Origin: Verrucomicrobiota bacterium
GTDB lineage: Bacteria > Verrucomicrobiota > Verrucomicrobiia > Limisphaerales > AAA164-E04
NCBI GenBank assembly: GCA_047947115.1
Contig: CP170459.1
Coordinates: 1,440,001-1,504,000, forward strand
Length of the DNA stretch: 64,000 nt
Direction of reading: 5' to 3'
Shown: piece by piece, positions 9,313 through 19,599 of the stretch
Numbering within the stretch: the stretch's first letter is position 1
How the letters are laid out: each line of letters begins with the position of its first letter
Notes under the pieces: model-generated
Seen by the model: the letters and a program-made list of their open reading frames with translations, nothing else
What the model was told of the DNA's origin: nothing
The model's database searches: none
Translations under genes and position numbers: made by a program

Positions 9313-10617
9313 TTAATTCATGCCAAATACGGTCGGCAGCCAGTTTGTCAGCGCGGGCACGAAGGTGACAAGCATCAAGGCCGCCAAAAGGGCGATAAAA
9401 AACGGAATGGCAGCCGGAGCGACCTTTGCGATGGTGGTTTTCCCCACACCACAGCCCACAAACAGACAGGTCCCGACCGGGGGGGTGCAGAGTCCAATGC
9501 AAAGGTTCGCGATGAGCATGATGCCAAAGTGAACGGGTGTCATCCCGAAATTCTGCGCCACCGGCCAGAAGATGGGGGTGAAGATCAATACCGCCGGGGT
9601 CATGTCCATGAACGTTCCCGCCACCAAAAGCAGTACATTGATCAGCAACAGAATGATGATGGGATTATCCGAAAGTCCGAGCATGAAACCCGATACCTGT
9701 TGAGGGATTTCCTCCAGCGTGAGAATCCAGGACATGGCCATCGAAGTGGCGATCAGTAGGAAGACCACAGCGGTGGTGATGCCTGTTTGAAGAAAGATGT
9801 TGGAAATGTCCTTCCAGGCTACCTCGCGATAGACCAGCACCGACAGCACAAAGGAATAGGCGACGGCGATGGCAGCTGCTTCGGTGGCGGTGAAGACGCC
9901 CTTCATGATTCCGCCCAGCACAATGAAAATCAGCAACAGACTTAAAAAGGCCCGACGAAAAGACGTCCAAATCGCACTCAAAGGCATGTTCTCTGCCGCT
10001 CCGTATCTGTGCTTTTTGCATAACAAGCCTGCTGCAATCATGAGCAGCAGACCAAACACCATGCCTGGTATAATCCCCGCGACAAATAAGGTGGCAATGG
10101 AAACCGCCCCACCCGAAATCAGAGCATAAACGATCATGATGTTACTGGGAGGAATTAAGAGTCCGGTGGTGGCCGAGGTGATCGTCAGCGCCACGCCGAA
10201 TTCGCGATTGTATCCTTTTCGTTGCATCTCAGGAATGATGAATCCCCCGATCGACGAAACCGCCGCCGTTGCGGAACCGCTGACCGCGCCGAACAACATG
10301 CAGGAAAGCACATTCACAAAAGCCAAACCACCAGGAAAACGACCGACCAAGGCGGTGGCCAGGTCGGTCAATCGACGTGCAATGCCGCCTTGTCCCATGA
10401 GGAGTCCGCTCAGAATAAAGAAGGGAATGGCAAGCAAAGAGAAACTATAAACACCGGTCGCCATGCGTTGAGCGATGGTCGCTGCAGCAATATCCATCGT
10501 GCCCATGGCCACTGCTGCTGTGACGAATGTGGATAGACAGATGGCAACTGCCACCGGCACGTTCAGCACCAGTAACACCACGAACAGCATTACCATTATG
10601 AAAGCTGGAGAGATCAT
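9313..10617 (-). CDS. dctM: TRAP transporter large permease
   Basis: LLAIPFFILSG, GLLIPPS, FTATEAA, TPPVG; highly hydrophobic. Confidence 0.93.
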   Translation of the reverse strand: MISPAFIMVMLFVVLLVLNVPVAVAICLSTFVTAAVAMGTMDIAAATIAQRMATGVYSFSLLAIPFFILSGLLMGQGGIARRLTDLATALVGRFPGGLAFVNVLSCMLFGAVSGSATAAVSSIGGFIIPEMQRKGYNREFGVALTITSATTGLLIPPSNIMIVYALISGGAVSIATLFVAGIIPGMVFGLLLMIAAGLLCKKHRYGAAENMPLSAIWTSFRRAFLSLLLIFIVLGGIMKGVFTATEAAAIAVAYSFVLSVLVYREVAWKDISNIFLQTGITTAVVFLLIATSMAMSWILTLEEIPQQVSGFMLGLSDNPIIILLLINVLLLVAGTFMDMTPAVLIFTPIFWPVAQNFGMTPVHFGIMLIANLCIGLCTPPVGTCLFVGCGVGKTTIAKVAPAAIPFFIALLAALMLVTFVPALTNWLPTVFGMN

Positions 10618-11126
10618 TCCGACACCTCCCGGGGCACTTGGTTCAGCGCGCCGATTTTCTTAATCGCCGTTTCAATGGAAGTCAGTGCAATGACCAGTCC
10701 ACTCAAGGGCAGGGCCATGTAGACATGTCCCATCTTCACCAGAAGGGCGGGGGAAACCTGCTCGGTCAGCAATGTTAAGGTCACCAGTTTTGCGCCGCCC
10801 AGAAGGATTACTGTCACTGCGAACAGGCAAATAAGTCCCTGTACCAGTATTTCGCTGATCAGTCGCGGGCGGGGCTTGAGCTTGCCGACGAAATAATCCA
10901 CACCCAGGTGGTTGTTTCGGATAAATGCCACACTGGCCCCAATCATGGCGACCCAGATGATCAGGAGAGTGGCCAGTTCATCGGTCCAGGAGCTGGGATC
11001 ATTCAGCACGAAACGCGAGAACACCTGCCAGAGCACGTCCAGCACCAACCCTGCCACCAGAAGGATCAGGATCCATTCCAGCAACTTGACCATGCATTCC
11101 TTGATTTGAACGAGTATGTTTAACAT
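10614..11126 (-). CDS. dctQ: TRAP transporter small permease
   Basis: QVFSRFV..SWTDEL..HLGVD; 4 TM; lies between dctP and dctM. Confidence 0.9.
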   Translation of the reverse strand: MLNILVQIKECMVKLLEWILILLVAGLVLDVLWQVFSRFVLNDPSSWTDELATLLIIWVAMIGASVAFIRNNHLGVDYFVGKLKPRPRLISEILVQGLICLFAVTVILLGGAKLVTLTLLTEQVSPALLVKMGHVYMALPLSGLVIALTSIETAIKKIGALNQVPREVSE

Positions 11127-11132
11127 GATGTT

Positions 11133-12131
11133 TTAATATTGTTCGAGGACAGCCTTCATCCATTTGCCGGCTTCGGTTCCTTTGAATGAATCGTGGAGTT
11201 CCTTCACCGCGTCCTGAAAAGGTTTTTTATCGGGACGAATGATTTCCACACCGCTCTCCTTGAGTTTGTCCATGGTTTCCTGAGTTTTTTGTTTCCATAG
11301 ATTCCGTTGGAAAGTGACAGATGAGTCGGCGGCATCCTGCAACCAACCGCGTTGCTCTTCGGTCAGGCGATCCCAGGTCTCAGTGCCGATCAGCACGATG
11401 TCGGGCACCATGGTGTGTTCGTCGAGTGAATAATACTTGCAGACTTCATAATGACGGGAAGTCAACAGGCTGGGCGGATTGTTTTCAGCGCCGTCAACGA
11501 CTCCCTGATCCAGGGCGGTGTAAAGTTCGCCAAATGCGATTGGTGTGGCTGAACCTCCCATGGCTTCAATCATGCGGATCGAGGTCTGGCTGTTTTGCAC
11601 GCGGATTTTCAGGCCTTTCAGATCGGCTGGAGATTGAATGGGTTTTTCCTTGGTGTAAAAACTGCGGCTTCCGGCATCGTAATAACAGAGACCACGTAGT
11701 TTCTTGTCCATGCCCAGTTGCATGAGTCGTTTGCCGATGTCCCCATTCAATACATTCCAGAAGTGTTCTTCGCTTCGGAAAACATAGGGAATCCCAAAAA
11801 CGCCCATGCCCGGAATAAAACCTTCGAGAGGCGAGGTGGAGGTCTTGACCAGATCAATCGCGCCCAGCTGGAGGAGTTCGATGGTTTCCCGTTCGGAACC
11901 CAGTTGGCTGCCGGGATAAATCTTGAGTTCCATCTGGCCTGCTGAGGCTTCCGTCAGTTGGGCGGCCATGTGTTCCATGGCGGCATGAACCGGATGGCTC
12001 GTGTCGAGTGTATGGGCCATGCGCAGCACCAAGCCGGACGATTGCTTACCGCAGCCGGTTGTCAAGGCGATGGTTGTCAGCACAACGAGGCTTGCAAATT
12101 TTCGTATGGATCCGGATCGCAAAATATTCAT
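11133..12131 (-). CDS. dctP: TRAP substrate-binding protein (probable lipoprotein, likely uronate-binding)
   Basis: QLGSERE, DLKGLKIRV, ELYTALDQGVVDGAEN; LTTGC lipobox-like signal. Confidence 0.92.
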   Translation of the reverse strand: MNILRSGSIRKFASLVVLTTIALTTGCGKQSSGLVLRMAHTLDTSHPVHAAMEHMAAQLTEASAGQMELKIYPGSQLGSERETIELLQLGAIDLVKTSTSPLEGFIPGMGVFGIPYVFRSEEHFWNVLNGDIGKRLMQLGMDKKLRGLCYYDAGSRSFYTKEKPIQSPADLKGLKIRVQNSQTSIRMIEAMGGSATPIAFGELYTALDQGVVDGAENNPPSLLTSRHYEVCKYYSLDEHTMVPDIVLIGTETWDRLTEEQRGWLQDAADSSVTFQRNLWKQKTQETMDKLKESGVEIIRPDKKPFQDAVKELHDSFKGTEAGKWMKAVLEQY

Positions 12132-12138
12132 GATTCAA

Positions 12139-12897
12139 TCAGGGTTTGCCTTTCAGGTGCCTGGCCAATTCTGGGATGTTCTTGCGCATTTCGTTTACTG
12201 CCAGGTCACACATGCGGGTGGCGCCCAGTGCGTTGAAATGGGTGTTGTCTTTGTGGCCGTCTGGAAAGCGCTCATACTCCCCGGGGCGCGTCCAGATGAA
12301 CAGTCCTTCCGAGCGTTCCTTGCCGAGTCGTGTCAGCAAATCACGGGAGGTGCGGGTCATTTCCAGCATCGGCAGGTTCATTTCTTTGGCCAGCTTTCGG
12401 ACGGCTTCCGGGTATTCGCCGTGCGTGGGTTGAAGTGTTCCATCTTCGTCAAAATTTCGACGCACCACCGGATTGGCCAGTATTGGATGCGCCCCGCGCT
12501 CGATGGTTTCGTTCGCAAAACGACGGAGGTTTTCTGTGTAGGTGGTAAAAGGATCGGTTTGACGGGCTTTATCCGGTTTCTCATCGTTGTGACCGAATTG
12601 TATGATCACCCAATCGCCGGGCTTGATCTTATTCAACACCACATCCCATCGTCCTTCATTCCGGAAACTTTTTGAACTGCGTCCATTGACCGCATGGTTG
12701 TCCACCACCACAGAGGATTGAAAATAAAGCGGGAGCAACTGACCCCAGCCCCGCTCGGGGTTTTCAGGGGTCACCGGTTTGTCTGCCATGGTTGAATCAC
12801 CGATCATGAATAAGGTGATCGGATCATGTGCCATCATCCCAAAGGGCCAAGCTGCACTCAACAAGACTAGCAGGATTGGGATTGAGCGGTATTTCAT
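12139..12897 (-). CDS. Rhamnogalacturonan acetylesterase-like SGNH hydrolase (CE12)
   Basis: GDSTM, GWGQ, GRSSKSF, QFGHND, DNTHF; signal peptide. Confidence 0.88.
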   Translation of the reverse strand: MKYRSIPILLVLLSAAWPFGMMAHDPITLFMIGDSTMADKPVTPENPERGWGQLLPLYFQSSVVVDNHAVNGRSSKSFRNEGRWDVVLNKIKPGDWVIIQFGHNDEKPDKARQTDPFTTYTENLRRFANETIERGAHPILANPVVRRNFDEDGTLQPTHGEYPEAVRKLAKEMNLPMLEMTRTSRDLLTRLGKERSEGLFIWTRPGEYERFPDGHKDNTHFNALGATRMCDLAVNEMRKNIPELARHLKGKP

Positions 12898-13551
12898 GCT
12901 GTGATGATTCTCAAGGGCGTTCGACCACACGATTCGAAGCCTGACTGAGTTCGTTGGTACCCCGTTTAAGCTCCTTGCGGGAGGCTTCGTGCATAGCCTT
13001 GCGGATGGCTTCGGTGGATTTGATCTCCAAACTTTTCACGGTGCCATAGTCCATGATCTTAAATTCGGTGGAAGAAACGTCCCACACCTACACCCCCATC
13101 CAAAACAAAGAGGTAATGATAAAATTCAAAAACGATTCCATGATATGCCTTATCAACCATTCGAACTCTCAAACATCAGCTCCCAGTGATCATGAAATGG
13201 GCAGCCCGGAGAGGGGGGGCCGTCCACAAGATGAAGCATTACGATGTTCAGGAATAGCACATGATTAAACGATGATTTTCAAGTATGGCAATGGAATTCG
13301 GCAGGAGCGTGCCTGAAACAATTCTTCCATCCCTTCAACGATGAGCCTGTGACGGAACCCTTGTAGACTAGTTGAAAGAAACCCATCAGCATGGGATTCC
13401 ATGCTCAGGGCCCGATTCCCCCACAAATTGAAGACACGGCACCCATCATTGACTGACGATCATCGCCCAGGAATGGGGTGATACAACCGCGGTCTGGTGG
13501 ATTCAGGCGCAATTTGAGCAAACGTGGTGCCAGAGATAGAGTCCGCCTCGT

Positions 13552-14243
13552 TTAATGCACATCCGCAATCAGTGTTTCATTGGAAGATGGTACCGCCTCG
13601 ATGAACGTTTGTTCCAGATTGTGAAGCAAAGTGGCCTTCTGAGGGTGTTCACCCAGCCAACTCACCACCCCAGAATCAATGTCATAGATGGCGCCCACAA
13701 TCTTGACGGCACCTTCCTTGGCCAATTGCAGGATTTCCGGGCTGCCTTTCAACAAATCCTTGATGGAATTCCACACATTCGACTTGATGGCTTCCATGAT
13801 CAATTGGTCCTGTGATTCCCCATGTTCGTTTTCCTTGGCTGAAATGACAGCCGGTGTGATGTTATCAACCAGAGAGGGAATGCACCCGTGGAGTTCTTCC
13901 TGATTGAACACCGCTGTGACAGCCCCACATCTGGTGTGACCCATGATCACCAGTAGCGGCGTATGCAAATGGCTTTTTTATTTCCCTGGTCGGCGGCTTT
14001 GCTGATCCAGGATAATCCTTCATCGATGTTTTGAAGGGTGCCTATGCCATTCAGCAGTTCGTAACCCCACTGGTTTTGAGCGACCGGATCACCTTTGATA
14101 GCGAGTTCTTCCGTACTGGGGAGTTTCTCTTTGGACACCGATAATCCAGCAGGTCCACAGCCTGCCGTCCACGCCAACAAACCTGACACCAGGATTGAAT
14201 GAATCCATTTTGTATGCGTCTGGTTTGTATGTTGGGCGGTCAT
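13552..14243 (-). pseudogene. Remnant joining a lipoprotein/Sel1-repeat N-terminus out of frame to the C-terminal half of a beta-carbonic anhydrase
   Basis: 14243-13975 encodes a TAGC lipobox and a Sel1 repeat (AQNQWGY..GIG..WISKAADQGN); another frame gives HLHTPLLVIMGHTRCGAV..GAIYDIDSGVV; the CxDxR motif is absent. Confidence 0.7.
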
Positions 14244-14244
14244 T

Positions 14245-14475
14245 TCACTTTACCATACAGGCCTCATCCGCTGAACGAATGGCTTGCTCGATCATCTGGA
14301 ATGCCGTGGGCATGGAGGCTTGAATCTGGTGCAGGTTTTCGGTGATTTGATGCACGGCGCCGGCATCTTGTTGCTCGATCAACTGGCGAAAGTGTTTGAT
14401 GAAGGCAGCACTCCTGCTGCGTTCGACTTCCTGGCTGAATGGTTTGAATTCCATGCGACTTACCAGATCGGTCAT
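14245..14475 (-). CDS. Short helical hypothetical protein or gene fragment
   Basis: 76-aa ORF ending 1 nt before the next ATG; frame stays open ~75 nt further upstream; no motif recognised. Confidence 0.35.
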   Translation of the reverse strand: MTDLVSRMEFKPFSQEVERSRSAAFIKHFRQLIEQQDAGAVHQITENLHQIQASMPTAFQMIEQAIRSADEACMVK

Positions 14476-14584
14476 GATGGAAAGTGCCTCTTGTTCGGGA
14501 GTGGTCGGTTCCGGTAGAAATCTGGAAGACTTGGAGGATTTCGAAGCTTCCGAGGATTATGCGGATGAAATGCTGAGCTGAGCG

Positions 14585-15349
14585 CTAGTTCCGCGCGGTT
14601 CTTCCAATCGTATCAGCTTCCATCTGGCAGTCCGTGCCAGAATACACTTCTCCAGCCCATTCGTCCACGTGGTCCAGCAGGGTTTCCTTGATTTTCCACA
14701 CCATGGTCATGGTCAATGCCACCGGCATGACGACCATGAAGACGACCAGCCAGGATCTGAAGGCTTCAATGGTTCGCAGAAAATAGTAGGCAGGCGCCGG
14801 GATGGATGGAGTGAACCAGAAGACATGGTAAACGATGACCAGGATGGCCATGAAACTGAGGATCCGGCGATTCAATCCCGTAAACAGCTCGGTATCGTGC
14901 TGTAATGTTTCGTTGGGAATCATGAATGCCAGCCTTCTGAGCACAAAATTGAGCTGGTAAAGGTAGGCCATGCCGCAAACAAACAACAAGCCCACACTCA
15001 GGCTGAAAAAAGGCATGTGCGGGAAGTCATGCCAGAAAAAAAGGAACGGTGTGAGGCCGATATTGATGGTTCCGATGAACAAGGCTCTGTCCACCGAAGC
15101 TGTCCAGATACGTTCCTGAGGCTGGAACCCGCCTATCTGTTTGATGCCAAACAACAGCATGCCGTTGGTCAGGAGTGGCAGCAGCATCCCGATTTCACGT
15201 GCGCGGTCGTAAAGATCGGAATGGGCTTCCGCCAGTAACGCAACCGGGAGGCCCCAGAAAAGGGCCGAAAGCCCACGGATCAGTTTCCCAACAGACTTGA
15301 GAATGGCCTTCTTTTGTATCAGATTCGACCTGGCTTTCGTGTCGATCAT
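14585..15349 (-). CDS. Hypothetical membrane protein (about 6 TM)
   Basis: 254-aa hydrophobic ORF; start overlaps the speA stop (TGATG). Confidence 0.75.
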   Translation of the reverse strand: MIDTKARSNLIQKKAILKSVGKLIRGLSALFWGLPVALLAEAHSDLYDRAREIGMLLPLLTNGMLLFGIKQIGGFQPQERIWTASVDRALFIGTINIGLTPFLFFWHDFPHMPFFSLSVGLLFVCGMAYLYQLNFVLRRLAFMIPNETLQHDTELFTGLNRRILSFMAILVIVYHVFWFTPSIPAPAYYFLRTIEAFRSWLVVFMVVMPVALTMTMVWKIKETLLDHVDEWAGEVYSGTDCQMEADTIGRTARN

Positions 15350-17289
15350 CAGGCACTCAAGTAAGTGTAGTCCGATAAACCGCGGTCAAAATCACGTAAT
15401 AACCTCATGCCTTCGCTGGGTTTCATCTGGTCCGCCTTGATGGCTTTGTCGACCTGTTTTTTCATGCGTCTCTTCATCTCGTGCTGGTCGTATTGAACCG
15501 AAGCAAGAGCCATCCCGACGGTGCTGCCTTCGATGACCTCTTCGACGTAGTAACCGCAGGGTTCGTCAGGATCCAGAAACACATGCACTTCATTGACCCG
15601 TCCGAACAGGTTGTGGAGATCTCCCATGATGTCCTGATAGGCTCCCATCAGGAAGAAACCCAGATAATAGTCTTTGGTAGTCTGTCCGTCCGGGCCGGTT
15701 TTGATGTTGTGCAGGGGCAGGGTGTTGCTGGTGTCTTCGAAATCGATAAATCGATCGATCTTGCCATCCGAATCACAGGTGATGTCCACGAGTGTTCCTT
15801 CCCGGGACGGCGCTTCGGTCAGGCGGTTGATCGGCATGATCGGGAACAATTGATCCAGAGCCCAATGGTCCAGCAGAGATTGGAACACGCTGAAATTGCA
15901 GAGGTATTGGTCGGCCAGGTGATCTTTCAGATTTCGGATTTCCTCTGGAATGTGTGCTTTGCCGCGGTAACTTTCCAGCACGCCACGCCCAATTTCCCAG
16001 AAGAGGGTTTCGATCTTTGCCTTGTCTTCCAGTTCCAGTAGTCCCAACGAAAACATGTTATGGGCATCATCCTTGCGTTCCACGGCGTCGTGGTAGGCTT
16101 CCAGTTTGTTGAGCTGGTCGAGATTGGCCCGGATATCCAGCAGTTCTTTGACCAACGGATGTTCCGCTTTGCCATAGCTGAGGTGATCGGCCGGAGTGCC
16201 TTTCCGTATGGTGCCCATGACTTCGACAATCAGCACGCTGTGATGGGCCACGATGGCGCGACCACTTTCGCTGGTGATTTCCGGGTGTGGCACTTCTTCC
16301 GCATCGCAGACGTTGCCCAGATAATAGACAATATCGTTGGCGTATTCCTGCAGGGTATAGTTGGTGGAACTCTCGAAAACGGTCCGACTTCCGTCGTAGT
16401 CCACCCCCAGGCCGCCGCCCACATCAACCGTTTCGATGTGAAATCCCATTTTATACAGCTTGGCATAAAGACGGCCGGCTTCCTGGGTTGCTTTCTTGAA
16501 AGTCAGAATATCCGGCACCTGAGAGCCGATGTGAAAGTGCAGCAATTTGAAACAATGCTCCAGCTTCTCCTTTTTGAGCAGGTCGGTAGCGGCGATCAGT
16601 TCGGCCGTGCTTAATCCGAATTTTGCGTTTTCCCCCGCGCTTTGCGCCCATTTGCCGGCGCCTTTGCTCAGGAGCCTGGCTCGAATGCCAATCATGGGTT
16701 CCACTCCGACCTTCTTTGAAATCGTGATGATGTGGTGGAGCTCTTCCATTTTTTCTACAACTAGGATCACCCGGCGGTTGAGCTTGATGCCCATGAGAGC
16801 CATGTGGATGAAACTGCTGTCCTTGTAACCATTACAGATCATCAGGCTGTCGCTTGAATCCTGCAGGGACATGGCTGCGAACAGTTCGGGTTTGCTTCCG
16901 ACTTCGAGCCCCATCCGAAACTTTTTACCCGCATCAAGGATTTCCTCCACCACCTCGCGGAGTTGGTTGACCTTGATGGGAAACACACCCCGGTAGGCGT
17001 TTTTGTAGTCACATTCCTTGATGGCTTTCTGGAATGCGTGGTTGATGGACTCCACCCGATGCCTGAGGATATCCTGAAACCGGATGAGAATCGGAAATTT
17101 CAACCCTCTGGACTTGGCTTCCTCCACAATGTCCATTACATCGACCGATGCCCCCGCTTCCTGCAAAGGATGTGCGACTGCGTGACCGTCCGGATTGATT
17201 CCAAAGTAACCGGCTCCCCATCTGCTGATATGGTAGAGCTCGCTGGCTTGGTCAATGGACCAGGATTCAAAAACTTCCTTATTCTTCAT
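15349..17289 (-). CDS. speA: Biosynthetic arginine decarboxylase
   Basis: FPIKVNQ (PLP Lys), LEVGSKPEL, CNGYKD, HFHIGSQ, DITCDSDG, GAYQDIMGDLHNLFG. Confidence 0.97.
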   Translation of the reverse strand: MKNKEVFESWSIDQASELYHISRWGAGYFGINPDGHAVAHPLQEAGASVDVMDIVEEAKSRGLKFPILIRFQDILRHRVESINHAFQKAIKECDYKNAYRGVFPIKVNQLREVVEEILDAGKKFRMGLEVGSKPELFAAMSLQDSSDSLMICNGYKDSSFIHMALMGIKLNRRVILVVEKMEELHHIITISKKVGVEPMIGIRARLLSKGAGKWAQSAGENAKFGLSTAELIAATDLLKKEKLEHCFKLLHFHIGSQVPDILTFKKATQEAGRLYAKLYKMGFHIETVDVGGGLGVDYDGSRTVFESSTNYTLQEYANDIVYYLGNVCDAEEVPHPEITSESGRAIVAHHSVLIVEVMGTIRKGTPADHLSYGKAEHPLVKELLDIRANLDQLNKLEAYHDAVERKDDAHNMFSLGLLELEDKAKIETLFWEIGRGVLESYRGKAHIPEEIRNLKDHLADQYLCNFSVFQSLLDHWALDQLFPIMPINRLTEAPSREGTLVDITCDSDGKIDRFIDFEDTSNTLPLHNIKTGPDGQTTKDYYLGFFLMGAYQDIMGDLHNLFGRVNEVHVFLDPDEPCGYYVEEVIEGSTVGMALASVQYDQHEMKRRMKKQVDKAIKADQMKPSEGMRLLRDFDRGLSDYTYLSA

Positions 17290-17410
17290 TACGCCTTTAA
17301 AAGGATGCGACGCACTATATCGGCGGGACGAGGGAATTCAATAACCAGAGTGTTTTTTTTAAACATATCTCTCCTTGATTCGGGGGCTTGGTTTGGATTG
17401 CATGGGAAGG

Positions 17411-18172
17411 ATGCAAGCCGCCGAACTGAAAAAAATCGTCAAAGACTGTAATCGGGAACTCAGAATCGCCGAGGTGGAAGACTGGCCCGGCGCCGTCAAC
17501 GGCCTGCAGGTGGAGAACAATGGCCGTGTGACACGTATTGCCGCCGCTGTGGACGGGACATTGGCCACTGCCAAACTGGCGATTGAGCAGGGGGCCGACC
17601 TGATGATGGTTCACCACGGCTTGTTCTGGAACAAAACCCACCCCTGGACCGGACAGCGCTACAAGTTTATTAAATTGTTGCTGGATCATAATGTGGCGGT
17701 TTACAGCTCTCATCTGCCTCTTGATATCCACCCAGACTTGGGAAACAACGCCTTGCTTTGTCGCTCATTGGGACTGAACCGAACCAAGCCGTTTTTCACT
17801 GATAAGGGAAGGCAGTTGGGGTTGAGGGCTGCGAGGAAAATGGACCGTAACAAGTTGGTGGAGAAACTTGGGGAAGTGCTGGGAGTGTCTCCCATCTTAC
17901 TTCCTGGCGGACCGGAAACGTGTCGGCAAATCGGTGTGGTAACCGGTGGTGCGGGCGCCGAGTTGACCATCGCGGCCAAGGAGGGTGTGGATACGTTTAT
18001 CACGGGCGAAGGACCTCATTGGACCTTTGCCCTGGCGGAGGAAATGGGGATTAATGTGATTTATGGAGGGCATTACGCCACCGAAACATTCGGCGTCAAG
18101 GCTCTGGCCGAATTCATCTCGCTTAAACACCACATCCCCTGGAGTTTTGTGGACCATCCGACCGGGCTTTGA
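17411..18172 (+). CDS. Nif3-like dinuclear metal center protein (YbgI family)
   Basis: NGLQVE, VHHGLFW, SHLPLDIHP..GNN, GHYATETFG. Confidence 0.92.
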   Translation: MQAAELKKIVKDCNRELRIAEVEDWPGAVNGLQVENNGRVTRIAAAVDGTLATAKLAIEQGADLMMVHHGLFWNKTHPWTGQRYKFIKLLLDHNVAVYSSHLPLDIHPDLGNNALLCRSLGLNRTKPFFTDKGRQLGLRAARKMDRNKLVEKLGEVLGVSPILLPGGPETCRQIGVVTGGAGAELTIAAKEGVDTFITGEGPHWTFALAEEMGINVIYGGHYATETFGVKALAEFISLKHHIPWSFVDHPTGL

Positions 18173-18218
18173 TGCTTGTCGGGTCATGACTCAGGCAAAC
18201 GGTGTCGGCCGGTGTTTC

Positions 18219-18872
18219 TCAACCGAATCGATCGCAATCCTTGTTGGGTGTCAATGACGCGATGGCCTCCATGATCTGGTCGGCGGCTTCCTGATAGATT
18301 TCTTTGACCCTGTCTTTGGTTGCATGTTTGGCCTCTGCCCGCAGGGATTCAAGATAGATGGGATGTCCGAATTTGACGATGATCCGTCCCGGTTTAGGCC
18401 ATTTCAGATGTCTTCCATAGGTTTCGTAGGTTCCAAAAACCCGGATGGGCACAATGGGGGCATCGGATTTGATGGCCAAAAGTCCGACCCCGGATTTGGC
18501 TGGTTGCAAGGTGCCGTCAGGCGTTCGGGTTCCTTCCGGAAAGAGGATCACCGGGTTGCCGCTGCGTAATTTGCTGGCGATGATCTTGAGTCCTTTTGGG
18601 TTGCGTCCCCCACGATCAACCGGGATCACGTTGATATACCGAAGGATATCTCCGAACACGGGAAATCGGAACAGTGTATCACGGGCCAGGTAGCTGATTT
18701 CGCGGTTAGCGCTGCATCCGATAAAGGGTGGGTCGAAATAACTGGCATGGTTGGAAGCCAACAACGCCGGTCCTTCCGACGGAACGCGTTCAGGATGGTA
18801 AACCCGGCACAAAAAGAATACGCGGAAGATCAGGCGGAAAGCGCACCAAAACAGAAAATATCCAAATCGCAT
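18219..18872 (-). CDS. plsC: 1-acyl-sn-glycerol-3-phosphate acyltransferase
   Basis: NHASYFD (HxxxxD), FPEGTRT, PIVP. Confidence 0.88.
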   Translation of the reverse strand: MRFGYFLFWCAFRLIFRVFFLCRVYHPERVPSEGPALLASNHASYFDPPFIGCSANREISYLARDTLFRFPVFGDILRYINVIPVDRGGRNPKGLKIIASKLRSGNPVILFPEGTRTPDGTLQPAKSGVGLLAIKSDAPIVPIRVFGTYETYGRHLKWPKPGRIIVKFGHPIYLESLRAEAKHATKDRVKEIYQEAADQIMEAIASLTPNKDCDRFG

Positions 18873-18927
18873 GATCGATTCCTTGTTGGTGTTTTGCTCG
18901 TTTCGGCGCATTTCCGTGTCCGGTTTG

Positions 18928-19599
18928 TCAGGAAGCAGTCGGTTCGTTCCGGTTGGAAAACTGTTCCTGAAAGGTGTCGATGATGTGTTGACTGGATTCC
19001 TGGGGAGTCTGTCCGGATGTATTCACGACACAGGCCCCAAGTGGCACCATAAGTGGCGCCGTGGATCGCTGACTGTCCCGTTGATCGCGCTTTGCAAGAT
19101 CCTCCTGGACACCTTCCGCCTCCCTGCGCTTTGAGCGTTCGGCAAGGTTGGCGTCCAGATAAAATTTGTATTCGGTCTCGGGAAACACATTGCTTCCGAT
19201 ATCCCGACCTTCCATGACCAGGTTGCCGAACTGAATGCAATCACGCTGTTTCTGCTTCATCCAGTCCCGCACCTTGGGGACGGCAGCCACGTGTGGGACG
19301 GCGGCGCTGGTTTCGGCTGTTCGGATTTCCTTTTCCGGGTAGTAGCCATCGACCATCAGGCGGACATGTCCGTCCAGGCACATCAATTTGGTTTTCCATT
19401 TTTTACAGAGCTGACCTACCGCTTTGGGATCATGGATGTCGATGCGAGATTTCAGGCAGTACCAGGCGAGTGTTCGATACATGGCGCCGGTGTCGACATA
19501 GGCATAGCCCAGTTTGCTGGCGACCAGTTTGGCATTGGTGCTTTTGCCGCTGGCGCTCGTGCCATCGATGGCGATCACGATGGGTTGGTCATTCTTCAT
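18928..19599 (-). CDS. cmk: Cytidylate kinase
   Basis: IAIDGTSASGKST, DTGAMYR, MEGRDIG, RDQRDSQR; ATGA overlap with aroA. Confidence 0.93.
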   Translation of the reverse strand: MKNDQPIVIAIDGTSASGKSTNAKLVASKLGYAYVDTGAMYRTLAWYCLKSRIDIHDPKAVGQLCKKWKTKLMCLDGHVRLMVDGYYPEKEIRTAETSAAVPHVAAVPKVRDWMKQKQRDCIQFGNLVMEGRDIGSNVFPETEYKFYLDANLAERSKRREAEGVQEDLAKRDQRDSQRSTAPLMVPLGACVVNTSGQTPQESSQHIIDTFQEQFSNRNEPTAS

